Virus record (IMG/VR): IMGVR_UViG_3300032226_000163
Location: 1-44,229 of that record
Strand: one strand, 5' to 3'
Source of the DNA: a virus
Taxonomy: Duplodnaviria > Caudoviricetes
Length of the DNA: 44,229 bases
The position numbers and the translations under genes were made by a program. The notes under the pieces are model-generated. The model worked only from the letters and a program-made list of their open reading frames with translations. It was not told where the DNA came from and did not search any database. Below are positions 17,394 through 26,072 of the stretch, piece by piece. The number at the start of each line of letters is the position of its first letter. The first letter of the stretch is position 1.

Positions 17394-17542
17394 TGTGGGT
17401 GTTTCAGCTTGCGTTAATATCAGGAGTTATGGTAGGCTTAGAACTTAGATACTTAGAAGATGATACACCCTATCATTTTTCTTTAGTAATTGACCTATTA
17501 ATAATTCGATTGGTATTACAAAAGCTTAAACATGTCAGATGA
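17393..17542 (+). CDS. Small hydrophobic protein (49 aa)
   Basis: Manual translation MWVFQLALISGVMVGLE...LVIDLLIIRL; TAATG overlap. Confidence 0.5.
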   Translation: MWVFQLALISGVMVGLELRYLEDDTPYHFSLVIDLLIIRLVLQKLKHVR

Positions 17543-17729
17543 TGCAGATAAAACGCAAGATAGATTAGAACTTGAAAATGCCATTCGCCGTAAGGAAATG
17601 GACGGTATTAAGTATATACAAGGGACGGGTCACTGTTTAAATTGTGGCACGAAACTTAATGACTCAAGACGTTGGTGCGATAAAGATTGTGCCGAAGATT
17701 GGGACTATCACGTCAATAGACGCAAATAA
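17532..17729 (+). CDS. TraR/DksA-like protein (N-terminal DxxD tip plus C4 Zn finger)
   Basis: Starts MSDDAD (F-plasmid TraR starts MSDEAD); CLNCG...RRWCDKDC. Confidence 0.6.
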   Translation: MSDDADKTQDRLELENAIRRKEMDGIKYIQGTGHCLNCGTKLNDSRRWCDKDCAEDWDYHVNRRK

Positions 17730-17740
17730 AGGAGAGAGTA

Positions 17741-17935
17741 ATGGCTACAAAATCAATTAACCCTACTACTAGGGAAACATCTGCTACGACTTTTGATCGT
17801 GGCGAAAGAAACCTAATCGTCACCATTCATCATGGTGTTATCAAAATCAGACCTAAAGGATTAAAGTCAGAGGAAGTTATTGACATCGCTGCTATCTATG
17901 AGCATGCCGTCAAAGCCCGCGTTAGGGGTAAGTAA
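17741..17935 (+). CDS. Hypothetical protein
   Basis: AAGGAG RBS; TAATG-coupled to the polymerase gene. Confidence 0.65.
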   Translation: MATKSINPTTRETSATTFDRGERNLIVTIHHGVIKIRPKGLKSEEVIDIAAIYEHAVKARVRGK

Positions 17936-19761
17936 TGCCTAATCTAATAACGATTGACTTCGAAACCTATTACGATAAAGAGTATGGGTTAAAGAAGTTT
18001 ACTACCGAGCAGTATATACGTGATGAGAAGTTTGAAGTCATAGGTGTAGCTGTTAAGGATAAGGGTGTAACTAAATGGTTTACAGGAACCCACGCTGAGA
18101 CCAAAGCTTTCCTAGACTCATACAATATGCATGAACACTTTGTGTTAGGACATAACATGAGGTTTGATGCATCTATTCTGTCATGGATATTTGATATACA
18201 CCCACTAGGTTTATTCGATACCATGAGTATGGCTCAAATTCTACATGGCTTAACTGAGTCAGTATCTTTAGCTAACCTATCAAAGTTATATGAGTTAGGT
18301 GAGAAGGGAACAGAAGTCCTCGATGCATTAGGTAAGAGACGACTAGACTTTACACATAATGACTTAGCTAAGTATGGTAGTTATTGTATCAATGACGTAG
18401 AACTTACCTACGAATTATTCACCGAGTTAAAAGATAGGTTCACTGCACCTGAGATGAAGCTTATTGATTTAACTATTCGTATGTATACAGAACCTAAGAT
18501 AGAACTTAATAAAGGTTTACTACTACGTCACCTCCACAAAGTTAAAGAAGCTAAAGAAAAATTACTGGCATCAGTAGCCGTAGATAAAGAATTACTCATG
18601 AGTAACCCTAAGTTTGCTGAGTTACTTATTGAACAAGGTGTGACTCCGCCCATGAAGATTAGTGCAACCACAGGAAAGGAAACATATGCGTTTGCAAAAA
18701 CAGATGAAGAATTTAAGGCTTTACTTGAACATGAAAATCCATACGTTCAAGCTTTGGCTGCTGCTCGTATCGGTAACAAGTCGACAATTGAAGAGACGCG
18801 CACAGAAAACTTTATTCAAATAGCCAACAGGGGTAAGTTACCCGTTCCGTTAAAGTATGCGGGTGCAGTTGTATCTCATCGATGGAGTGGTGTCGATGGT
18901 ATTAACTTACAGAACTTACCTCGAACATCTGAGTTACGTCGTGCCATGTGTGCGCCTAAAGGTTATAAGTTAGTAGCCTCTGACCTAAGTAATATTGAGT
19001 TAAGGTTAGCCTATTGGTTTGCTCAATCACATAGTAAGATACAGCAAATTAAAGATGGTATAGATTTATATAAACAATCAGCCGCAGACATTACAGGAAC
19101 ACCCTACAACGAAGTTAACAAAGACCTTAGGTTCATCTTTAAGGTAGTAAACTTATCAGGTATCTATGGTGTAGGTGCGGCTAAGATGCACTCAATCTTA
19201 AAACAAGGTGGTGTAGAGAAAGACCTACAAGAAGTTAAGAACATTGTGTATGCGTATCGCAAAGCTAATCCCGAATTGGTTGAGGCATGGCAAGACGCAG
19301 GGACGATGTTAGAAAGTGTCAGAGCAGGGCAACACTATACGATGGGTAATGGTGGGGTTATATCAAGTGTCCCTCATGAAGGCATGATGAAACCTAATGG
19401 CATGATGTTAGGACTACCTAACCTTAGGAAACTAAAGACAGATACAGGAGAGTCATGGGTATATGACAAGCTAATGGGTAGAACTATAATTCCCGAATAT
19501 ATTCACCCCTCTAAAACCTTTCAACGCTGTATACAAGCGTTGGCTCGTGATATAATAGCAGAACAGTTAATACAAGTAGCGAAAAGATACCCTGTCGTAA
19601 TGACTGTGCATGATGAGTTAGTCATGCTATGTAAAGATGAAGAAGTAAATGAGTGTAAAGCATACGTTGAGAAGTGTATGACGACTGCACCTTATTGGTG
19701 TAGCGACTTACCACTTGGTTGTGAGGTAGGTGTAGGTGATAACTATATGGATGCTAAGTAA
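17935..19761 (+). CDS. DNA polymerase, family A (3'-5' exo plus polymerase; no 5'-3' exo)
   Basis: Exo DFET, HN..FD, YCIND; NLQNLPR; motif A DLSNIELR; motif B R...K...L...YG; motif C TVHDE. Confidence 0.95.
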   Translation: MPNLITIDFETYYDKEYGLKKFTTEQYIRDEKFEVIGVAVKDKGVTKWFTGTHAETKAFLDSYNMHEHFVLGHNMRFDASILSWIFDIHPLGLFDTMSMAQILHGLTESVSLANLSKLYELGEKGTEVLDALGKRRLDFTHNDLAKYGSYCINDVELTYELFTELKDRFTAPEMKLIDLTIRMYTEPKIELNKGLLLRHLHKVKEAKEKLLASVAVDKELLMSNPKFAELLIEQGVTPPMKISATTGKETYAFAKTDEEFKALLEHENPYVQALAAARIGNKSTIEETRTENFIQIANRGKLPVPLKYAGAVVSHRWSGVDGINLQNLPRTSELRRAMCAPKGYKLVASDLSNIELRLAYWFAQSHSKIQQIKDGIDLYKQSAADITGTPYNEVNKDLRFIFKVVNLSGIYGVGAAKMHSILKQGGVEKDLQEVKNIVYAYRKANPELVEAWQDAGTMLESVRAGQHYTMGNGGVISSVPHEGMMKPNGMMLGLPNLRKLKTDTGESWVYDKLMGRTIIPEYIHPSKTFQRCIQALARDIIAEQLIQVAKRYPVVMTVHDELVMLCKDEEVNECKAYVEKCMTTAPYWCSDLPLGCEVGVGDNYMDAK

Positions 19762-20252
19762 TGACTTACTATGAGATAAAAATTAAATCTAGTTTAGTTA
19801 AAGAACTATATGAGTATGCCTACAATTCTGAACCATGGTTTCCTCACTACAACTTTAATGTTAAACCTATACCGTCTGATATAACACACAAAGATAACTT
19901 TTTTAAATGGTTACACGCACGATATGAATTTATAGTAGGGATAATAAAATTAGACCCTTATACTTGCTATGATTGGCATACAGATACAAGACGAGGTGTA
20001 GGTATTAATATGTTATTGACTACTTTTGATAGAAGCGTTTGTGCATTTGCTCCTAATAAAGAAGGCACAGTGTTTGAGATAGAAGAATTAAAGTATAAGC
20101 CCGCAACGTATTATATATTTAATACGCAGGTGCCACACACAGTGTATAATTTTGAAACAACCCGATACTTAATGAGTGTTGAGTTTGCTAAAGATAAAGA
20201 TGAATTAAGCTTCGACGACTTAGTAAAAGATATAAGGACACACTATGTTTAA
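19761..20252 (+). CDS. Cupin/DSBH metal-binding protein, probable 2OG-Fe(II) oxygenase
   Basis: WHTD (HxD), FNTQVPHTVYN, R..MS. Confidence 0.6.
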   Translation: MTYYEIKIKSSLVKELYEYAYNSEPWFPHYNFNVKPIPSDITHKDNFFKWLHARYEFIVGIIKLDPYTCYDWHTDTRRGVGINMLLTTFDRSVCAFAPNKEGTVFEIEELKYKPATYYIFNTQVPHTVYNFETTRYLMSVEFAKDKDELSFDDLVKDIRTHYV

Positions 20253-20913
20253 AAAACATAATTTATTTTCGTCGCCTGTTTGCGTGACGACCATTGACCC
20301 CACAAGTTATAAAAAAGACGAGTTTATAAAAGTGGTCGAAAGTAATTACGAAAAAGACCCTTATAGAAATAAATGGGATACCGAATCAGATATGCATCAC
20401 AATTATAATGATAGGGATAACCCTTTATTTGAAAAGTATGATTTTGAAGGAGTGTTTAAAAGTTTACACGCCCAATATAATAATATAGTTATAGAATATC
20501 TTAAGCAAATGCATTTTAATAAATCCGTGAACTACAATTGGACAATAGCAAATGTAACTGGCATGAAAGAAACACAGTATATGAGACCCCACGCGCATAT
20601 GGAATTTAATGGGGATAAAACTACTATATTATCGGCAGTGCATTATTTAAGATATAAAGAAGGGCATTTACCTACGACGTTTGAAACTCCTTTATCCGTT
20701 ATATATGATGAAGCTATATATAGAGCATACAGAGGACTATTAGATAGCACATATTCTGAAAATTCTAATTATTGTACAAATTACCAATTAAACGTTAAAG
20801 AAGACGAAATTCATATATTTCCTAGCTATTTAAAACATCATGTGCCTCGGCAAAAATCAGACGAATTAAGAATTACGGTTGCTATCAACGTAGAAGTATG
20901 GGAGCCTAAATGA
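20245..20913 (+). CDS. Putative 2OG-Fe(II) oxygenase (TIGR02466-like)
   Basis: PHAH, LSAVHYL, IFPSYLKHHV, RITVAIN. Confidence 0.8.
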   Translation: MFKKHNLFSSPVCVTTIDPTSYKKDEFIKVVESNYEKDPYRNKWDTESDMHHNYNDRDNPLFEKYDFEGVFKSLHAQYNNIVIEYLKQMHFNKSVNYNWTIANVTGMKETQYMRPHAHMEFNGDKTTILSAVHYLRYKEGHLPTTFETPLSVIYDEAIYRAYRGLLDSTYSENSNYCTNYQLNVKEDEIHIFPSYLKHHVPRQKSDELRITVAINVEVWEPK

Positions 20914-21104
20914 AAAAAACTGCACGTAATGATGTAACAGGAGATTGGTTACAGTCTAAACCAAACAACGAACAGTTTGAAAAGAATTGGGATTTGATTT
21001 TTGGTAAGAAAAAGAAAGAAGTTTTACCCGAGTATGAACTTAATAAAAGTACGGGTGCCGTACAGAAAGTAGATCATGGCGACACAACAAATACACAAAA
21101 GTAG
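20910..21104 (+). CDS. Hypothetical protein
   Basis: ARNDVTGD...SK...F..NWD.IF, a common small phage protein pattern. Confidence 0.65.
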   Translation: MKKTARNDVTGDWLQSKPNNEQFEKNWDLIFGKKKKEVLPEYELNKSTGAVQKVDHGDTTNTQK

Positions 21105-21258
21105 ACGGCATGCTGACCCGTTTAAAACAAGAACAGGTAAAGACAGATTAAAAGCCTTGTCTTTAAAAAAGCTATATGAGTTATTAGATAAAGCTGCAGA
21201 AGGTAAACATAAATCAAAGATAGCAAAAGAGATTGCTAGGAGAACTCCAATTGGCTGA
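21076..21258 (+). CDS. Small basic hypothetical protein
   Basis: Fills the operon chain. Confidence 0.55.
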   Translation: MATQQIHKSRRHADPFKTRTGKDRLKALSLKKLYELLDKAAEGKHKSKIAKEIARRTPIG

Positions 21259-21925
21259 GTTAAAAACGTGGTCTTACTCGAGTGCAACAACATTTGAGAA
21301 ATGTCCTAAGCAATACTATCATCTGTATGTAGCAAAAGATATTAAGCAAGACCCAAATACAGAACACTTTCTTTATGGCAACGAAGTTCACAAAGCTTGT
21401 GAGTTATACGTTAAGAACGCAACAGCCTTGCCTGAGAAGTTTAATATGTTTCAGCCAACCCTTGATAAGTTGATAGCAATTCCAGGGAATAAGTATTGTG
21501 AATATAAGTTAGGCTTAACTAAAGACCTAGAACCTTGTGACTTCTTTGCACCAAATGTATGGTGGCGTGGTGTTGTGGATTTATTAGTTATTAATCCTGA
21601 AACTAAGTTAGCTACCTTGATCGACTATAAGACAGGCAAATCAAGTCAGTATGCAGATACTAGACAGCTATCTTTGTTTAGTGTAGCTATATTTAAACAC
21701 TTTCCAGATATGTTAAAAGTTAAGTCTGGATTGGTATTCTTGGTAAGTAAAGAGATATTGAAAGAAGATTATACGATAGATAAACTAGATGAAATGTTTG
21801 CTGAATGGGGTAAAATAACACATAGGATAGATACTGCCCATCAGACAGGGGTTTTCAATGCAAGCCCTAACTTTGCGTGTCGTAAGTTCTGCCCTGTTCA
21901 ATCATGCTCACATTGGGGAAAATAA
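21251..21925 (+). CDS. Cas4/RecB-like PD-(D/E)XK exonuclease
   Basis: SYS...F..CP, G..VH, RG.VD, IDYKTG, QL..F, C..FCP...C (Fe-S Cys pattern); TTG start. Confidence 0.85.
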   Translation: MAELKTWSYSSATTFEKCPKQYYHLYVAKDIKQDPNTEHFLYGNEVHKACELYVKNATALPEKFNMFQPTLDKLIAIPGNKYCEYKLGLTKDLEPCDFFAPNVWWRGVVDLLVINPETKLATLIDYKTGKSSQYADTRQLSLFSVAIFKHFPDMLKVKSGLVFLVSKEILKEDYTIDKLDEMFAEWGKITHRIDTAHQTGVFNASPNFACRKFCPVQSCSHWGK

Positions 21926-22194
21926 TGGCAAGAGATTATCAAAAAGAAAACGAATACAAGGCGCAGCCTGATCAAATTAAAAAGCGTGTAGCTAGAAATA
22001 AAGCTAGACGAATGATGATAAAAGCTGGTAAAGTATCAAAGGGTGACGGTAAAGATGTAGATCATATCGTGCCTCTAAGTAAGGGCGGTTCAAATACACC
22101 AAGCAATATGAGAATTAAAAGTAAAAGTGCGAACAGTTCGTTCCCACGAAATAGTAATGGTTCGTTAAAGAGAAACGTAACTAATAAGAAATAA
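21925..22194 (+). CDS. HNH endonuclease
   Basis: DVDHIVPLSKGG.N...N.R.....N. Confidence 0.85.
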   Translation: MARDYQKENEYKAQPDQIKKRVARNKARRMMIKAGKVSKGDGKDVDHIVPLSKGGSNTPSNMRIKSKSANSSFPRNSNGSLKRNVTNKK

Positions 22195-22205
22195 GTTTCC
22201 CGTAA

Positions 22206-22322
22206 GGCGTGAGTGCGGTAAAACCACGTCAGTTAATAGCAAAGACCTCATGATAATAAAAATCTTTGTGTGTTAACAGTGTAGGCGCGTCACTACCTCT
22301 CTCGGTGGCGCGTCTATTTTTT
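22206..22322 (+). ncRNA. Structured leader with terminator-like hairpin upstream of the SNF2 helicase
   Basis: Three consecutive stems with G-U pairs; the last is 13 bp followed by T6. Confidence 0.5.
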
Positions 22323-22339
22323 ATTACTAGGAGATTGCA

Positions 22340-23899
22340 TTGGAAGTATATAAAGATAAAGCGTTGATTGTAAACACAAAACGCCCCGAATTAATATTAG
22401 ATAAGATACCTAAAAGTAAGGTTCTTAAAGCATATGATAATGGAGTTACCCAAGTCGCTGTGAATTGGGGACTAGATGAAGTGCTTATATTATCTGACAT
22501 GAAAGTTAAAAATCCTCCGTCACCTATAACACGTGACTACAACTTTCCAGGTATTCATAAACCATTTGATCATCAAAGAACAACAGCTGAGTTTCTATCA
22601 GCACATAGACGTGCATATTGTTTAAGTGAAGCAGGCACAGGTAAAACATCGGCTATCATATGGGCGGCTGATTACCTAATGAACCAAGGTAAGATTAGAC
22701 GCATGTTAGTGGTATGCCCACTATCTATTATGCAAGCTGCATGGCAAGCTGACTTCTTTAAAACAGCTATGCACAGATCGGTAGGTATTGCTCATGGTAG
22801 TGCTGAGAAAAGAAAGAAAGTATTTGCAGAAAATACAGACGTAGTTATAATTAACTATGACGGTATAGAAATAGTAGAAAAAGAAATTAAATCTGGCGGT
22901 TTTGATTTAATAGTTGTCGATGAGGCAAACTATGTCAAGACTGTCACGACACGTCGCTGGAAGTCATTAAATCGTGTGCTAACACCTCAGACATGGTTAT
23001 GGCTTATGACAGGAACACCCGCTGCTCAATCACCAGCTGACGCATATGGACTGGCTAGACTTGTGAACCCCGCATCCGTCCCGAAATATGCAGGAACGTT
23101 TAAGGACATGGTCATGCAAAAAGTTAGCCAGTTCACCTGGGTGCCTAGATTTAATGCACAGGATATAGTATTTAAAACACTACAACCTGCCATTCGTTAT
23201 ACTAAAGAAGAATGTTTAGATTTACCTGACGTTCTTTACACCACTCGTGAAGTCCCCCTCACACCACAACAAGATAAGTATTATAAGAAGCTTAAAAAAG
23301 ATATGTATATGGAAGCTTCAGGTGAAGAAATTACTGTGGTCAACGCAGGCGTTATGCTCACTAAACTATTACAAGTAAGTGCAGGGGCTATCTATTCAGA
23401 TAAGTCCGAAGTTATAGAGTTTGATATATCTAACCGCATGACTGCTCTCAAAGAAATTATTGAAGAAGCCAGCCACAAAGTTCTCATATTCTGCCCATTT
23501 AGACATAGTATTGAAAAGATTATGGGAGAGTTAAACAAAGACCATATCACATGCGCTGCAATACATGGCGATGTATCTATGAATAATCGTTCAGAAATTT
23601 TCAAGAATTTTCAAGAAAAAAAAGACCCACAAGTATTGGTGATCCAACCTCAAGCTGCATCACATGGCGTTACCCTCCACGCAGCTAACGTAGTTGTGTT
23701 TTGGTCACCCGTGATGTCTGTTGAAACCTATATACAATGTTGCGCTCGTGTTGATAGGGCGGGACAAAAAAACAAGATGACCGTAGTTCACCTACAAGGC
23801 TCCCCCGTTGAACAAAAAATTTATAAAATGTTGCAAGGCAAAATTGATAATCATGTTAAATTAGTAGACCTTTATAAAGAGGAGTTTAATGATGTCTAA
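22340..23899 (+). CDS. SNF2-family SF2 helicase
   Basis: AGTGKT, VVCPLS, DEAN, MTGTP, HGVTL, RVDRAGQ. Confidence 0.93.
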   Translation: MEVYKDKALIVNTKRPELILDKIPKSKVLKAYDNGVTQVAVNWGLDEVLILSDMKVKNPPSPITRDYNFPGIHKPFDHQRTTAEFLSAHRRAYCLSEAGTGKTSAIIWAADYLMNQGKIRRMLVVCPLSIMQAAWQADFFKTAMHRSVGIAHGSAEKRKKVFAENTDVVIINYDGIEIVEKEIKSGGFDLIVVDEANYVKTVTTRRWKSLNRVLTPQTWLWLMTGTPAAQSPADAYGLARLVNPASVPKYAGTFKDMVMQKVSQFTWVPRFNAQDIVFKTLQPAIRYTKEECLDLPDVLYTTREVPLTPQQDKYYKKLKKDMYMEASGEEITVVNAGVMLTKLLQVSAGAIYSDKSEVIEFDISNRMTALKEIIEEASHKVLIFCPFRHSIEKIMGELNKDHITCAAIHGDVSMNNRSEIFKNFQEKKDPQVLVIQPQAASHGVTLHAANVVVFWSPVMSVETYIQCCARVDRAGQKNKMTVVHLQGSPVEQKIYKMLQGKIDNHVKLVDLYKEEFNDV

Positions 23900-24368
23900 C
23901 TATGAATATCAAAAACAATGGCGTATTAATAATCAAGAAAAATGTAAAGATTATCAAATCAAATATAGAGAAAGTAATAGATCTAAAATATTAGAACATC
24001 AAAAAGTATGGACTAAAAACAATCCTGAAAAATCTATGTTTATGAAAACTAGATTAAGAGCTAAGAAAAAAGGAATTGAATTTAATATAGAAAATACTGA
24101 TATACAAATACCTGAAACCTGTCCTATATTAAACATTTCTATATTTAGAGAGTTTAAAGGAGGTGGAAATAAAAATAAAGGACCAAGAGAAAATTCTCCT
24201 TCAATAGACAGACTAGATAACGCTAAAGGATATGTGAAGGGAAACATACAAATTATTAGCCACAAAGCTAACGTAATGAAAAGCAGTGCAACCCCTGAAG
24301 AGTTATTACAATTTGCTTATTGGGTATTACTTACATATGGACATTTAATTGATAAAGAAATAAGTTGA
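23889..24368 (+). CDS. Free-standing HNH-like (homing) endonuclease
   Basis: CPIL...SPSIDRLDNAKGYVKGNIQIIS..AN.MK; AT-rich. Confidence 0.8.
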   Translation: MMSNYEYQKQWRINNQEKCKDYQIKYRESNRSKILEHQKVWTKNNPEKSMFMKTRLRAKKKGIEFNIENTDIQIPETCPILNISIFREFKGGGNKNKGPRENSPSIDRLDNAKGYVKGNIQIISHKANVMKSSATPEELLQFAYWVLLTYGHLIDKEIS

Positions 24369-24392
24369 CAAAGTAAATAGTTGTGATATACT
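24365..24392 (+). promoter_or_regulatory. Sigma70 promoter P4 for the SSB/HTH/primase operon
   Basis: TTGACA-N16-TATACT with extended -10 TG. Confidence 0.7.
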
Positions 24393-24421
24393 AATATCCT
24401 TAATGTTTGAAAGGAGAGAAT

Positions 24422-24826
24422 ATGGAATTAGATGACAATAAGATAGAGAAGATGATGCAGGCTTCTGTCAATATGAGAGATAAGATTGATGAATTGGAAA
24501 ACCAAATCACTGAAATTAAAACTCAGAAAGACAAAGTTGATTTAGCTTTAAATGAAGCATGCAGAACACTTAATGTAACTAGTTTGAAAACTAAAGTTGG
24601 AACGTTATCAAGAACTTTACGTACAAGATATTGGACAAGCGATTGGCCTGAAATGTACAAGTTCATAAAAGAAAATGATATGCCTGAGTTCTTTGAAAAG
24701 AGATTAGTTCAATCAACAGTTAAAGAGTTTTTAGAACAAAACCCTGACAAAGCACCACCAGGTTTACAAGCAACAAGTGAATATACAGTAAGAATAACTA
24801 AAAGTAGAACTAAGGAGGAAGTATGA
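24422..24826 (+). CDS. Conserved replication-module coiled-coil protein
   Basis: Coiled coil, then S.KT..GT, DW..Y.FI, EKR...V.E....PPG; AAGGAG RBS. Confidence 0.7.
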   Translation: MELDDNKIEKMMQASVNMRDKIDELENQITEIKTQKDKVDLALNEACRTLNVTSLKTKVGTLSRTLRTRYWTSDWPEMYKFIKENDMPEFFEKRLVQSTVKEFLEQNPDKAPPGLQATSEYTVRITKSRTKEEV

Positions 24827-25737
24827 GTACAGAATTAGACGTATTTGGTAGCACCGCAGTAGCAACACATACCCGTAGAGATGATGGCTTTACTGCAAAT
24901 ATAACAGGTAGTTCATCAACCGCTAAACGTATATCTATTCGTGGCGGTAAATTTAGATTGATGGTTAATGGTAAAGAAGTTGAGAAGTCAAATCAAGACG
25001 CACTCGATGTAGTTATTGTTAATGCATCACCACACGTTCATAGAATGTATTTTTCTAAAGCATATGTACCAGGCGAAAAGATGCCGCCACCAACATGTTG
25101 GACATCTGACAGTCAAAAACCTGATGAAGCTGTTGTAGAAAAGCAAGCAGAAAATTGTTTATCATGCCCACAAAATATTAAAGGCTCAGGCGCTAACGGA
25201 ACTAAAGCATGTCGTTTTAGTAGACGTGTTGCTGTAGTTCGTGCTGATGATATGAATGGTGATGTATATCAAATGACTTTACCTGCACAATCAATATTTG
25301 GTAATGGTACAAAAGATTGTAAACCACTACACGAATATACAGATTACGTTCGTGCTAATGGTCAGAATTTAATGTCTGTTGTATCACGCGTATCTTTTGA
25401 TGAAGACTCATCAAGCACTAAGATTGGTTTCAAAGCTATTCGTATTCTTAATGATGACGAGTATGCAGCATGTGCCACGAAGTCAACATCAGAAGAAGCT
25501 AAACGTGCAATTACTTTATCAGTAAACGTTAACAAAGATGAAGATGGTGAAGAGTTTGAACAAAAGAAACAACAACCTATTCAACGTCCTGAAGTACTAA
25601 AAGTAATAGACGATATTCCTGAACCAACAGTTCGTGCAGCGGAGAAACCTACACCTCCACCAGCACCAAAACCAGCAGCACCTAAAGCAGATCAAGGTGA
25701 TGTTAGTTTAGATGATCTAGTATCAGATTGGGCGTAA
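24823..25737 (+). CDS. Putative single-stranded DNA-binding/annealing protein
   Basis: P.CW.SD..PD, C..CP.N..GS..KAC Zn motif; Pro-rich linker; acidic-aromatic tail LDDLVSDWA. Confidence 0.6.
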   Translation: MSTELDVFGSTAVATHTRRDDGFTANITGSSSTAKRISIRGGKFRLMVNGKEVEKSNQDALDVVIVNASPHVHRMYFSKAYVPGEKMPPPTCWTSDSQKPDEAVVEKQAENCLSCPQNIKGSGANGTKACRFSRRVAVVRADDMNGDVYQMTLPAQSIFGNGTKDCKPLHEYTDYVRANGQNLMSVVSRVSFDEDSSSTKIGFKAIRILNDDEYAACATKSTSEEAKRAITLSVNVNKDEDGEEFEQKKQQPIQRPEVLKVIDDIPEPTVRAAEKPTPPPAPKPAAPKADQGDVSLDDLVSDWA

Positions 25738-25739
25738 TC

Positions 25740-25967
25740 ATGCGTGGTTACTCCCAAGTAGTTATCGAAGCAAACGCTAAAGCTAAAGAGACTACAGGGA
25801 CACTTTTAGGTGCGGTCTGCATATCACTAAAACACCCTGCTAGTCAAGTAGCGAAAGCGCTTAACGTTTCACGTCAAACGGTGTATGATTGGTTTTCGGG
25901 TAAAGCAAAGCCATCAAGAAAACTTGACCAAAAGATTAAGGAATTGATCGTTAATCTTACTAAGTAG
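25740..25967 (+). CDS. XRE/Cro-like HTH regulator
   Basis: SQVAKALNVSRQTVYDWFSGK..P. Confidence 0.85.
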   Translation: MRGYSQVVIEANAKAKETTGTLLGAVCISLKHPASQVAKALNVSRQTVYDWFSGKAKPSRKLDQKIKELIVNLTK

Positions 25968-25972
25968 CACAA

Positions 25973-26038
25973 TGGGCGAAAGCACCTTTATTTATATATT
26001 GCTAGATGGTAGTTAATTTATAAACCGCAAGTAGCCCA
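25973..26038 (+). ncRNA. Hairpin with loop-E-like internal loop upstream of the primase
   Basis: TGGGC-GAAA-GC...GC-AAGTA-GCCCA. Confidence 0.45.
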
Positions 26039-26072
26039 CCTATTTTAAGCAGCACAACATTTTGAGAGAAAA

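Noticed and set aside
17935-19761. DpoZ/2-aminoadenine genome
   Set aside because: No purZ, datZ or mazZ-like genes are visible in the window.
21251-21925. Cas4-like nuclease as evidence of CRISPR-Cas
   Set aside because: Solo Cas4/RecB-like exonucleases are routine in phage replication modules; there is no cas1, cas2 or array.
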